From NCBI RefSeq assembly GCF_006345805.1, contig NW_021835025.1, positions 1 through 42,288 of the forward strand: 42,288 nucleotides of DNA, written 5' to 3'. This document shows, piece after piece, positions 10,235-23,737 of this stretch; within the stretch, counting starts at the first letter, position 1; the number at the start of each line of letters is the position of its first letter. The notes beneath the pieces were generated by a model that was given only the letters and a program-made list of their open reading frames with translations, made no database searches and was not told where the DNA came from. This stretch comes from Octopus sinensis (lineage: Eukaryota). The position numbers and the translations under genes are program-made.

Positions 10235-10600
10235 TTAGCGAAGGCGGAGGTATTGTTTTCAGTCTTGTTTGTTCGTTTGTTTCTCAATGGAGAAGATATC
10301 TCAAGAACCGCTGGATGGATTCAGATGAAACTTTCAGGGATGTTTGGCCTCGTGATTGATACGAACTGATTAGATTTTGGGGTCGATCCCAAAAGGATTC
10401 TGTACAAGGATTCTGGATTATTTTTCCGTTTTTTTTTTACTTAACTTTTGAGAACGCTCGGGTTCATTTTTAGTATTCTCTTTCATGAGAGCAGTCGAGT
10501 TTATTTCAGATATTCTTATTTTAAAAATCGTTTCTGGCTAATCGTTGAGAAGACGTTGGTGTTGCCTTGGCAGGAGGTTTGCGCTCTCTGAGTGCTCTTG
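10229..10600 (+). mobile_element. Helentron-associated (HINE/DINE-like) non-autonomous element
   Basis: Begins CGCCTTAGCGAAGGCGGAGGTATTGTTTTC, ends GCCTTGGCAGGAGGTTTGCGCTCTCTGAGTGCTCTTG; pattern recalled from non-autonomous Helentron elements. Confidence 0.6.
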
Positions 10601-10975
10601 ATATGAATTTGAATTGGAAATTTTGAGTCATGGTGAATCTTTCATCAGCTGATTACACAACCATGGACGCCACCACTACGAACACATTATGGTTACTCTC
10701 TTGGTAGAGTTTGGTGATCATAACCGTTGATCTTCTAGACTTCCTCCGCTCAGTATCATTGTAAAGAAGCACCGCTGGCCCAGTTTACCTCTTCCGTTAC
10801 CTCTCCACAATCTGTCGTGCTGCAGTCCCATGACTTTGCCGTATCCCTAGCAGAGCGGCTGAATGGGTGCTTTGCCTTGCCTAGCCAAAGGGCAACCCGT
10901 AACTATGCAAGGCACGGTCTTCACTTCCTGAGGTATTTTCAAAATACCCGCGTACCCTAGTTCGTCTCCTTACTG

Positions 10976-11163
10976 TTCGACAACCGATGCTGGTTTGTTT
11001 ACATCCCCGTAATCTCGCGGCACGGCAAAAGCGACCGATAAAAAAATAGTACCAGAGTTTTAAGAAAACAACTACTGGGGGCGATTTGTTCGGCTAGACC
11101 CTTCAAGGCAGTGCTCCAGCATGGCCGCAGCCAATGATTGAAATAATTGAAAGAATAAAAGAA
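10976..11163 (+). mobile_element. SINE family A 3' tail, diverged
   Basis: CAACCGATGCTGG..GTGCTCCAGCATGGCCGCAG. Confidence 0.85.
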
Positions 11164-11199
11164 TTATATATTTGAGAACCATAACTGTAAAGTCAAGAA

Positions 11200-11314
11200 C
11201 AGCCACGGGCAACCTTTTTCATAAGGCGGGCCGCACTACTAAAAAGTTCAAAGTAATTTTTCGTTTAGTCTTGCCATTCAGAAAGTCTCGCAGGCAGCAG
11301 TCTGCCCACGACTG
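11200..11314. mobile_element. Short hAT-type MITE (115 bp)
   Basis: Degenerate TIRs CAGCCACGGGCAA / CTGCCCACGACTG; flanks GTCAAGAA and TTCCAGAG both fit an NTCNAGAN target pattern. Confidence 0.45.
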
Positions 11315-11459
11315 TTCCAGAGCTTCAACTTTTATGGTAAAGGCGAGGTAAATGCAGAAAAAAATTATTAGAAACACTGACCCAGAGGGAAGAGACAGCG
11401 AATACCGTGGAGCATTTTTTTGTTCGGGGCTCTACCGTGGCCTAGTTACCTAGTATGTT

Positions 11460-11533
11460 GTTGTTTGGGTAACACGAGAAGGTCGTAGGAGTACTTCGCT
11501 ACTCCTACAGCCTTCTCACGTTACCAAAATAAC
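11460..11533. other. 74-nt imperfect hairpin (34-bp stem, 6-nt loop)
   Basis: 28/34 Watson-Crick pairs; 30/34 paired on + and 31/34 on - when G-U is counted. Confidence 0.85.
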
Positions 11534-11754
11534 ACGACTGAGATACGAAGGAGCGGACAAGGAAGCATCTTAATGTCGATCGGTCTACTAGAAATAACAA
11601 GCAAATCTCCCTCAAATCAAACACCCAATCGTGTCAATAAATAAAATTATTAATAAATAAAGGGATGATATATACCTGACATTGAATATTTCGATATACA
11701 AAAGAGACTAGTTTGACGCAGCTGACCTGGGCTTAACCACCACCACCACCACCA

Positions 11755-12141
11755 TGGACATGGAAGCACTCCGTCGGTTACGACGACGAGGGTTCCGGTT
11801 GATCCGAATCAACGGAACAGCCTGCTCGTGAAATTAACGTGTAAGTGGCTGAGCACTCCACAGACACGTGTACCTTTAACGTAGTTCTCGGGGATATCCA
11901 GCGTGACACAGAGTGACAAGGCCGGCCCTTTGAAATACAGGTACAACAGAAACAGGAAGTAAGAGTGAGAGAAAGTTGTGGTGAAAGAGTACAGCAGGGA
12001 TCACCACCATCCCCTGCCGGAGCCTCGTGGAGCTTTTAGGTGTTTTCGCTCAATAAACACTCACAACGCCCGGTCTGGGAATCGAAACCGCGATCCTATG
12101 ACCGCGAGTCCGCTGCCCTAACCACTGGGCCATGCACCTCC
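11755..12141 (-). mobile_element. SINE family D with tail type 1, full length
   Basis: tRNA head GGAGG(T)GCATGGCCCAGTGGTTAGGG; collinear with 21335-21717; embedded in (ACC)n on both sides. Confidence 0.93.
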
Positions 12142-12155
12142 ACACCACCACCACC

Positions 12156-12187
<32 letters not shown>

Positions 12188-12584
12188 CAACAACAGCAAC
12201 AACAGCAACAACAACAACAACAACACAAAGCAGTAATACGAATCATTTATTTAGGACACATTTAAACTAGTTATTATGATTATTAATAAAGCTTACTTAG
12301 AATCTTTTCGTTTCAATACATTTACTCATGCTGGTTTAATGTCGCTATAGAAATTTATTGAAATTCCCAACTTCCGGCGTGTCGAAAACGGCCGTATTTA
12401 ATTGGCTGAAAATTAAAATCAATAACAATAAATTTTTAAAGGCTTTAAACTTTTATTTTTTTATTTTTTATTTCTCCAAAACTGGAAAAAGAAAACAAAA
12501 AGGTTATGATTCTCATTATCGGCATTAAAAGCTGCCACTTTAAAATTTCTTATTTATTTCCTGCCTGTTTTAGTTACAAACCTG

Positions 12585-12715
12585 AGGCCAGGCTGAGGCA
12601 CCGCTTTGAAGTATTTAATCGAACAAATCTGTCCCAGAACGTATTTTTTTTAAAGGTTGGTAATTATTCCATCGGTCTCCTTTTGTCGAACAGATAAGTT
12701 ACGGGGAATTACGTA
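12585..12715 (-). mobile_element. SINE family A tail, highly diverged
   Basis: GCACCGCTTTGAAG..ATCGAACAAATC..CCATCGGTCTCC..AAGTTACGGGG. Confidence 0.6.
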
Positions 12716-12965
12716 GAAAGCTACTAAAAACATTGAATCTGGTTTGTGAAACTGAAAAGATCTTTTATTTATGCATTCGAACTAATTAAAATATGAAATA
12801 ATGTTAATTAGCACATATTGATGTTATTGCTGTTGCTGTAGTGGTTGCTATTCTTGTTGATGCTGTTGTTGTTGTTGTTATTGTTGCTGTTGTTGTTGTT
12901 GTTGCCGTCTTTGTTGTTGTCGCTGTTGTTGCTGCTTGTTTGTTTGTTTGTTTGTTGAGCGAAGC

Positions 12966-13314
12966 TGTCTTCGTCCCATTAGTGTGAGAAGTCCGAAACG
13001 TGGTCCTTTGCTATTCGTAAGACCCGCAGAAGAGAAAGCAGGTCAACCCCCGACACTGAGAGCATCGACGGATGGATGAATGGGCATCCAGGCTCAGCGG
13101 TTGCGTAGGAAGTCGGGGACAAGAAACAGGATGGAAAAGTAAGAAAAAAAGTTGGGGCGAAAGAGTACAACAGGGGTCGCCCCCCCACTGCCGGAGCCTC
13201 GTGGAGCTTTAGGTGTTTTCGCTCAATAAACACACACAACGCCAGTCAGGGAATCGAAACCGCGAATCTCCGACCGCGATTCCGCTGCCCTAACCATTGG
13301 GCCATTGCGCCTCC
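12966..13314 (-). mobile_element. SINE family D head/body with tail type 2
   Basis: Head/body about 13130-13314 matches family D; 12966-13130 unrelated to tail 1. Confidence 0.88.
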
Positions 13315-13387
13315 ACTGCTGTTGCTGCTGCTATTGTCGTTGCTGCTGTTTCTTCTTCTTCTTCTTCTTCTTCTTCTTCTTCTTCTT

Positions 13388-13846
13388 CCAATCAGGACTC
13401 ACGCCATTAGCCACAAAGAATAATTTCTAATTCGAGCCTACTCTAAGTTACTTGAAGATCCACCCAACACACGCGATAGACTGGCGGTTGCAGGGGCGCA
13501 AAAGCTACGTTGTTATCCTCATTCCGTAAACGGTGGCTTTTAACGGGTGGAGAACTGAACCATCCTGGGGTACAGAGCATTCGTAATCTAGACTAGGGTC
13601 TGAAAGTCTCCCACACCATGGTGGGTTACGCCATGGTTCCTCTCTGCTTTGTGACAGAAGTAGGAAGAAAGAGTGAGAGAAAGTGGTGGTGAAAGAGTAC
13701 AGCGGGGTTCACCCCACCCCGCGCCGGAGACTCGTGGAGCTTAGGTGTTTTTGCTCAATAAACACTCACAATGCCCGGTCTGAGAATCGAAACCGCATTC
13801 TTACGATCGCGAGTCCGCTGCCCTAACCACTGGGCCATTGCACCCC
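13388..13846 (-). mobile_element. SINE family D head/body with tail type 3, ending in (AAG)n
   Basis: Head/body about 13655-13846; distinct ~265-bp tail abutting (CTT)n at 13351-13387. Confidence 0.85.
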
Positions 13847-13854
13847 CCCATTGT

Positions 13855-14150
13855 CGCTGTTCTAATCACTGTTGTCGTTGCAGTTGACATTGTTGTTGTT
13901 CTTTTTGTTGTTGTCGTTGTTATCGTTGTTATTGTTTTTGTTGTTATTGTTGTTGTTATTATTGTCGTTACTCTTATTGTTGTTACTGTTGTTTTTTATC
14001 GCTGTTGCTGTTGTTATTGTTGTTGTTGCTATTCTTGTTGTCGCTGCTGTTGGCATTGTTGTTGTTGTTTTTTTTGTTACTGCTGCTGTTGTTGTTGTTG
14101 TTGTTGTCGCTGCTATTATTGCTGTTTATATTGCTCCTCTCGTTGGTGTT
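13855..14150. repeat. Degenerate (GTT/TTG)n tract
   Basis: Explains the poly-Val, poly-Leu, poly-Cys and poly-Asn ORFs. Confidence 0.95.
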
Positions 14151-14340
14151 GTTTAACTCCCAGTTGCCCCATGATGAACGACGTGTGTGCCTGCATGGGT
14201 GAGGGTGCTCGCGCACACACACACACGTATACATAACATATGGTATAATAATAAACTGGGAAAATTTTAGCCATTTCTCCGCAGACTGAAAAAATGATGA
14301 ACAACCTTAATCGATTTTCGAACCTTGATGGATTCCCATA

Positions 14341-14455
14341 GCCGAAATTGCGAGGATGATCCGGTTCTTGACTGAAGATTGAAGGCTTCGAATGTCCGTG
14401 TTTTTTGTATCGTCTTCAAAATGTTTTGCGTTCTTGTCCCAGTTTGTATTTTTTA
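14341..14455 (+). repeat. Short dispersed repeat (family G), copy 1
   Basis: GCCGAAATTGCGAGGATGATCCGGTTCTTGACTGAAGATT.. matches the reverse complement of about 27165-27283; both copies abut (TA)n. Confidence 0.88.
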
Positions 14456-14583
14456 TACATACATACATATACATATATATATATATATATATAATAACAA
14501 AGGGTAAAATTAATAAGAAGTAATCAATAATTCGGCATGAAAAACGACCATTTCACGGTAAACTTAAGTAATACTTTATAATT

Positions 14584-14718
14584 AGGGTCAGCAAAGATTT
14601 GCTTTACTGCTATCGAAGTTTAGAAATAGCAGCCCAAAAAGTAGAAGAAATAGCTAAGGTTTTTTGGCTGCTATTTCTAAACTTCGGTATGTGGTAAAGC
14701 AAATCTTTGCTGAACCCT
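14584..14718. mobile_element. 135-bp foldback MITE-like element
   Basis: Arms 14584-14640 and 14660-14718 are inverted (AGGGT(T)CAGCAAAGATTTGCTTTAC..CGAAGTTTAGAAATAGCAGCC), 19-nt loop, ATT on both flanks. Confidence 0.75.
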
Positions 14719-14726
14719 ATTATAAA

Positions 14727-14765
<39 letters not shown>

Positions 14766-15536
14766 GACAGATATATATATATATATATAGATATATAGGT
14801 GTGTATACCCATACACATATGTGTGTGTATGTGTATATACACATATATGCATACCTTGGCTACACCAACGTACCGAGCACGCTCCACCTCACCCCTCTCT
14901 CCCTCTCACGTACGCACACACACACCCGTCGCACACACACATGCAAAATTACACATGCATGCACACACTGCCACACCCACTCATTCATACAACTGTCACT
15001 ATAGCTGCTGACCTCTCAGACCGATATTAACACGCACACACTCACACACACATATACAAACAGTTAATACCACACAGACACACAGTTAATATCACACACA
15101 CAACACAGTTTACACCACACACATACACGTTACCACGTACATACACACACATGCACGCAGTTACTGCTACAAGCACATACACACATGCTATCATACATAC
15201 AAATGCTATCGCACGCACACACACACACACACACACACACCGACTATCTTCATACTCTCATATCCCAGGAAGCACTTTCTCTTTGTCCTTCTACTTCCGG
15301 TGACTTCAAAAATGTAACTACACGGGGACTTTTGGCATTTTTTTTTCTTAATTGGATTTAATTGTTTTTCCTATTTCCGAAGAAGAGCTATGCACGAAAC
15401 ATAAAACAACCACTCTTTTCCTTCTCCGAGACTCTTATTAATACTTTGCATGTGCTACGTCCTCACGTTGTTGTTTTTTTAGTTGTCTTTTTCTCTATTT
15501 ATTTCTCTGTTCTTTTTTTTAAACTAAATATATATC

Positions 15537-15692
15537 AGGCGTGGCTGTGTGATAAAGGACTTGCTTCCCAAAACAATTTTCTGGGTTCAGTCGCACTGCG
15601 TTACACCTTGGTCAAGTGTCTTCTACAATAGCTTCGAGCCGACCAAAGCCTTATGAGTGGATTTGGTAGACGGAAACTGAAAGAAGCCCGTC

Positions 15693-15738
<46 letters not shown>

Positions 15739-15930
15739 CTGTGTTTGTCCTCAAACCGTCGGTAGACAACCGATGCTGGTGTGTTTATGTCCCCGTAAAT
15801 TAGCGGTTCGACAAAACTACCCGATAGAAGAAGTACTATGCTTACAAAGAATAAATCCTGGGGCCGATTTGCTCAACTAAAGGCGGTGCTCCAGCATGGC
15901 CGCAGTCAAATGACAAACAAATAAAAGAAT
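15537..15930 (+). mobile_element. SINE family A, full composite copy
   Basis: Head, internal (TA)n(TG)n and tail ending GGCCGCAGTCAAATGACAAACAAATAAAAGA. Confidence 0.93.
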
Positions 15931-16022
15931 ATATCTATATCTATATATAGATATCTATATCTATATGTACCTATTCTATATCTATATATAACCTATTTGT
16001 ATATGTATATAATATATATATA

Positions 16023-16055
<33 letters not shown>

Positions 16056-16079
16056 GATATATATATATATATAGATATA

Positions 16080-16110
<31 letters not shown>

Positions 16111-16111
<1 letters not shown>

Positions 16112-16342
16112 AGGCGGCGAGCTGGCAGAAACGTTAGCACGTCGGGCGAAATGCGTAGCCGTATTTCGTCTGCCGTTACGTCCTGAGTTCAAATTCCGCC
16201 GAGGTCGACTTTGCCTTTCATCCTTTCGGGGTCGATTAAATAAGTACCAGTTACCCACTGGGGTCGATGTAATCGACTTAATCCGTTTGTCTGTCCTTGT
16301 TTGTCCCCTCTGTGTTTAGCCCCTTGTGGGTAGTAAAGAAAT
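16111..16342 (+). mobile_element. SINE family B, young monomer form
   Basis: Near-identical to 32121-32351; ends GTAGTAAAGAAATA. Confidence 0.95.
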
Positions 16343-16459
16343 AATATATATATATATATATATATACATATACAAATAGGTATATATATATATATCTATA
16401 TATAGATATCTATATCTATATGTACCTATTCTATATCTATATATACCTATTTGTATATG

Positions 16460-16491
<32 letters not shown>

Positions 16492-16621
16492 ACATATACA
16501 AATAGGTATATATAGATATAGATATATATCTACAAATACATACATATGAATCATATGAATATACATACACGTGTGTGTATATAGGTATATATGCATAAGC
16601 ATTATATCTTTAGCTATATTG

Positions 16622-16800
16622 ATTTCAAATTTTGGCACAAGGCCAGTAGTTTTGGAGGAGGGATTAAATCGATTGTATCAACAATAGTGCTTAACTGGCA
16701 CTTATCTTATCGACCCTGAAAGAATGACAGGCAAAGTCGACCTCGGAGGAATTTGAACAGGGAACGTAAAGACTGACAAATGCCGTTCAGCATGTTTAGC
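16622..16800 (-). mobile_element. SINE family B, diverged
   Basis: GGCAAAGTCGACCTCGG..AATTTGAAC in reverse orientation. Confidence 0.82.
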
Positions 16801-16859
16801 TATATTGCCATGAATAATAACTTATGCGTGAATATTTTGGTGATATATATATATATGTA

Positions 16860-17149
16860 TATGTGATCACGTGACCAACCAGTCCATCAGATGTAGTTAC
16901 TCATCGCTGGTCACAATGCGTTCGCTTGTTTTAGCCTTCGAATGACGCCACCCCGCTGGCTGAGCGAGCTGGCCAACAGAAGAAAGAGTGGTGAAAGAGT
17001 ATAGCAGGGATCACCACCCCCTGCCGGAGCCACGTGGAGCTCTTGGGTGTTTTCGCTCAATGAACACTCACAACGCCCGGTCTGGGAATTGAAACCGCGA
17101 TCCTACGACCGCGAATCCGCTGCCCTAACCACTGGGTCATTGCGCCTCC
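16860..17149 (-). mobile_element. SINE family D head/body with tail type 4
   Basis: Head/body about 16980-17149; distinct ~120-bp tail abutting (TA)n. Confidence 0.88.
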
Positions 17150-19500
<2,351 letters not shown>

Positions 19501-19596
19501 TATCCGTTCTTATGTGAAGTTAGTATAACACGGATTGAACATTGAACTGAAGGATTACTTAATACTGTTTGTTAAAATTTCAGAAGAACAGATGTG

Positions 19597-19640
19597 ACAG
19601 TTACTTCAAAGTTTCGGCCTGCTTGTCTTCGTCAGACAGT
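19597..19640 (-). ncRNA. Degenerate hammerhead ribozyme core
   Basis: Minus strand ACTGT-CTGACGA-A-GACAAGCAGGCC-GAAAC-TTTGAA-GTA-ACTGT: core and GUA intact, stem I 4/5 paired, stem II damaged. Confidence 0.5.
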
Positions 19641-19793
19641 ACTATACTTGAGTTCAGTACAACATTTGGGTTCAATATTTTCATAAACACGCAGTTTTAT
19701 TCCCGCTGTGAACGAAGTAAACGAAGTGTTTTACTACACCGAAGTGTTTTACATCTCCCTGGCAGGAAAATGTTACTCAGTTTTATAACTACT

Positions 19794-20245
19794 ATTCTTT
19801 TCTACTTTTACTTGCTTCAGTCATTTGCCCGAGGCCATACTGGAACACCGCCTTTAGTCGAGCAAATCGACCCCAGGACTTATTCTTCGTAAGCCTATTA
19901 CCTATTCTATCGGTCACTTTTGCCGCACCGCTAAGTTACGGGGACGTAAGCACACCAGCATCGCTTGTCAAGCGATGGTGGAGGGAAAAACACAAACACA
20001 CACAGACACAGACACAGACACACACACACACACAGACACACACACACACACACAAACACACACACTCACACACATATATATATGACGGGCTTCTTTCAGT
20101 TTCCGTCCGACAAATCCACTCGCAAGGCTTTGGTCGGCACGAGGCTTTAAGTAGAAGACACTTGCCCAAAGTGCCACGCAGTGGGACTGAACCCGGAAGC
20201 ATCTGGTTGGTAAGCAAGCTACTTCCCACACAGCCACTCCTGCGC
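19794..20245 (-). mobile_element. SINE family A, full composite copy
   Basis: Collinear with other full copies. Confidence 0.93.
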
Positions 20246-21147
20246 ATAATATATCATCTTTCAAACTCCTGACATAGTTTGATAACGAAGTGATGAGGCA
20301 TTTTTCTTAGATTTCATGAGTCTTTGTAAATCTTTATTTTGTCGAGCTAAAGAACCCCCCTTGTAAATAAAAGTGAAAGGAAAAATTATTAGGGCTCATA
20401 TAAATCCCTTTAAAAGAACGTTCTATCAACATACGTATACACTCAGATACTCAGCGACATTACCACCCCAATATCCTAAAATACTCAGAATTTAAAGTTT
20501 GATAATGTTAACGGATATAAGATCGACTGATATATTATAGAACTCGCGTCCCAATGCATTTATGTGTCCACAGATCCCATAAGTGTGATTTGTGCTTCCC
20601 ATAGGAGTACACAGTGCTATTAGAGCTTTTCGCAAATATGAAAAGATCGTAACTGGAGAATTTTTGCGGATATTTCCATTAATATTTCTTGATGAATTTC
20701 CATTTGTTTATAACAGTTTAATACCCACATGGAAGCACTGCCATACCCTGAAAAATCGTCATGCAATGTATAAAACATATACATATAAACAAAAAATTTA
20801 ATTATTCACTGAGAGAAAAATTTCATTAATAATAGTCATATCAGAAAATGTCACGCATTTTTCATTTGAATAAATGGATGTTCTAAATATAACAATCGAA
20901 GAGATAAATGCGTGACACTTTTTCTAATATCTTTTCGCTAAATAATCAAATATTGAAAACTAGTCTTATTTTGATTCTTACGAATAGCTTTTCGTACATT
21001 TTCTCACACTGCTTTCTTATTTCATTCATTTGAATAATCGACAAAGATCGAGATATATGACATCCACACACACACTCACACACGATATCTATTATATATG
21101 CATGTATAAACATAGATACACACTCACACACATTATTTTGGTCGAGT

Positions 21148-21206
21148 CAGCTTCTTACAACTCTGAGTCTCACCTGTAAGGAGACACAGGATCTTCAGGC
21201 AAGCTG
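21148..21206 (-). ncRNA. Degenerate hammerhead ribozyme (probable PLE 3' repeat)
   Basis: Minus strand CAGCTTGC-CTGAAGA-T-CCTGT/ACAGG-T-GAGA-CTCAGAGT-T-GTAAGAAGCTG: all three stems pair, but GAAA reads GAGA and the 10.1-11.1 pair is U-U; lies 3' of the PLE RT relic on the same strand. Confidence 0.55.
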
Positions 21207-21334
21207 TGAATGTAGCTCTGCCGGAAAATAGGCTGAATATACGTAGGCATTTTTGTCCAAGTAAAATCGTATGGTCTTGAATCTGTTAGTTTTCTATTTA
21301 TGCTTCTGAGTTTACCAAAGTGGTAGCCCTTGCA

Positions 21335-21717
21335 GTGGAGGCGCAATTGCCCAGTGGTTAGTGCAGTGGACTCGCAGTCGTAGGATCGCGGTTTCGATTC
21401 CCAGATCAGGCGTTGTGAGTGTTTATTGAGTGAAAACACTTAAAGCACCACGAAGCTCCGGCAGGGGGTGCTGGCGAACCTGCTGTACTCTTTCACCACA
21501 AATTCCTCCCACTCTTTCTTCCTGTTTCTGTTGTACCTGTATTTCAAAGGGACAGCCTTGTCACACTCTGTGTCACGCTGAATCTCCCTGAGAACTATGT
21601 TAGGGGTACAAGTGTCTGTGGAATGCTCTGCCACTTGCACGTTAATTTCATGAGCAGGCTGTTCCGTTAATCGGATCAACTGGAACCCTCGTCGTCGTAA
21701 TCGACGGAGTGCCACGC
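21335..21717 (+). mobile_element. SINE family D with tail type 1, full length with TSD
   Basis: Flanking direct repeat TAGCCCTTG at 21324-21332 and 21718-21726. Confidence 0.94.
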
Positions 21718-21769
21718 TAGCCCTTGTATAGGCCTTTTGAGAAATGTGCAATATTAGCATGTAAGCGGT

Positions 21770-22520
21770 CAAGGGTCCCACGATGTTACTGACTTTCGTT
21801 GAATGTTAGAGTGATTAACAGGGCGATGTATATAATATAATGAATCACATGCTTTACAGTATGAGGGCTGTTTTGAATCATATAAATTGGTCAAAATATT
21901 GAGATAGTTTATTAGCTTGAGATTCGATTCGATTGTTATTTTTAAGTTCAAGTTAAAAGGGAAAACCAAAGAGAAGGTCGTCCTTATATATTTTGTTAAG
22001 CTGTTTATGCTTCAATAAGTCAGCTGTCGCCACAGAAAATAGTTGTAGGAACTCGGCATGTAAGCCGTGAAAGATATATGGCCTGTTATAACTCACCTTA
22101 GCGGAATCCACTACTCCTACACCGAAGTAAAACGGGACGTTCTAGCGTTTATTGATCCATATTGTATTGTCATGGAATAATAAGCGTTTTCATTGCGTGT
22201 AAAAATTATAACAATTTCTGATGAATTAATGATGGCTGAAAAGGTTTTCAGAAATTCATCGCATCCATTATTAGGACACCGAAACTGAGAGGTAATATTT
22301 CTGTATATGAAATATGCGTAAATGTGCAGGTTTCTTTATGTATGGATTTAAACCAGTGATAACATGAAATATTTTATGTGATAATTCTGTTGGATTTGTT
22401 CCCAAGAGGTGAATAAGAACAACCTTAATTTTGGAAATTATCTGATCGATAATTGGCTTATTCATTATTCCAATATCAGTTTTAGTTGGGTTCATAAACC
22501 GTTTTACTGGGTTGTGTTTA
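21770..22520 (-). pseudogene. Penelope-like element reverse transcriptase relic
   Basis: Broken frames give NPTKTDIGIMNKPIIDQI, FHIQKYYLSVS (FDI.EFYPSIS-like), LFHDNTIWINK, GVVDSAKV and LKITIESNLKLINYLNILTNLY..YIHRPVNH, the motif order of PLE RT and thumb. Confidence 0.72.
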
Positions 22521-22894
22521 TGATCCTTAAAAGTAATGTACGTTACGCATCTCGGTTTATATATGCATAAAGCATTAATCTAATCTGAATTTTGCAATAA
22601 AAGGCTAAACATGTATCAGAGGCACAGTTTTTAACATAATATTTATATATCCCAAAGATATCTTCAACCCTAATTTTAATTATTTGCTTTAAATTTTTCA
22701 TTTCATTTATTTTTCATTTAATTTATTTTATACATCTACTTGATACATATTTTTTTTTCAAAAAATAAATGTAGCTCATAATATATTTCGTTCGTCAAAA
22801 CATTAAGTCAGTATTTGAATCCATTACTCAATATTTTTAAATTTCAATCTTCAAGTCAGAACGTCATAGGTTTTTAATCCTTGCCATGAAAAAA

Positions 22895-23434
22895 TTTCGT
22901 TAGCGATACCTTGGGGTTAGTTTCACCCCATCATTAAAAATGCATTTAGATACCGGAAAAATCTGTTTTTTTTTGTTTCAGATTTTTACCAAACAGTATT
23001 TATTGTCTGAATAATCTATAACAGCATTTTACATGTAAATATTTTTTATCATGGCACTGATTGCAGACCATCGCTATGTTCTTCACACGGAGTTATTGCA
23101 TCCACTGCACATGAACCTGGTCTTCTTGTCTCTTGATCTTGAGCAAATGAAATATCTCTAGCGTTGTGTTGAAGGTACTGCTGGTAAAATTATCTGTTTC
23201 ACATCTTGAGGTGTTTGATGTGTCCCCAATCTGCGCTGAGCGTGCGGAATGAGAAACGGAATCGACAGTTCTTTCAAAAATATTCACCGCTTCTTGTATT
23301 TCCTCATTCCTCCAAATCGGATGCATTATGTAAAAAACTAGGTGGAATATTGAATTATAAAACCAGACACTTTGGATTAGCTAGTGTTTTAAATAAGGCC
23401 GGGATCATACTGACCCCATGGTACCAATTAAGGG
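22895..23434 (-). mobile_element. Internally deleted piggyBac-like element retaining the C-terminal Cys-rich domain
   Basis: Right end reads (minus) TTTA-CCCTTAATTGGTACCATGGGGTCAGTATGATCCC; degenerate partner from 22905 matches 19/25. 23045-23165 translates with frameshifts to ICSRSRDKKTRFMCSGCNNSVCEEHS-MVCNQCH. Confidence 0.62.
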
Positions 23435-23545
23435 TAAATTTCATTATAAACATATCCAAATTAACACAATCGGTCGGTTTTTCAAAGATTCCCTAATTTT
23501 ATAACATAATTTTATAACATAAGTTATAACATAAATTAAATTACT

Positions 23546-23737
23546 GGTTTCAAATTTTGACACAAGGACAACATATTCGGGGGAGGTGTTAAGTCGATTT
23601 TATCGACTCCGTCCCTCCGAAAGGATGAAAGGCAAAGTTGACCTCGGCGGAATATGAACCCAGAATGTGCAGATAGACAAAAATTCCACAAAGCGTTTTG
23701 CCCGGCGTGCTAACGGTTCTGCCAACTCGCTGCCTTA
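23546..23737 (-). mobile_element. SINE family B
   Basis: Reverse complement head TAAGGCAGCGAGTTGGCAGAACCGTTAGCACGCCGGGC. Confidence 0.88.

Noticed and set aside
10820-10870. HDV-like ribozyme suggested by CCCAT..CTGAATGGG
   Set aside because: Could not build P1, P3 or P1.1.
11338-11351. 14-mer TAAAGGCGAGGTAA shared with 38812-38825
   Set aside because: A few 14-mer matches are expected by chance in 42 kb; no flanking similarity.
14365-14395. Hammerhead-like CTGAAGA..CGAAT in family G
   Set aside because: Both copies read GAAU instead of GAAA and lack convincing stems.
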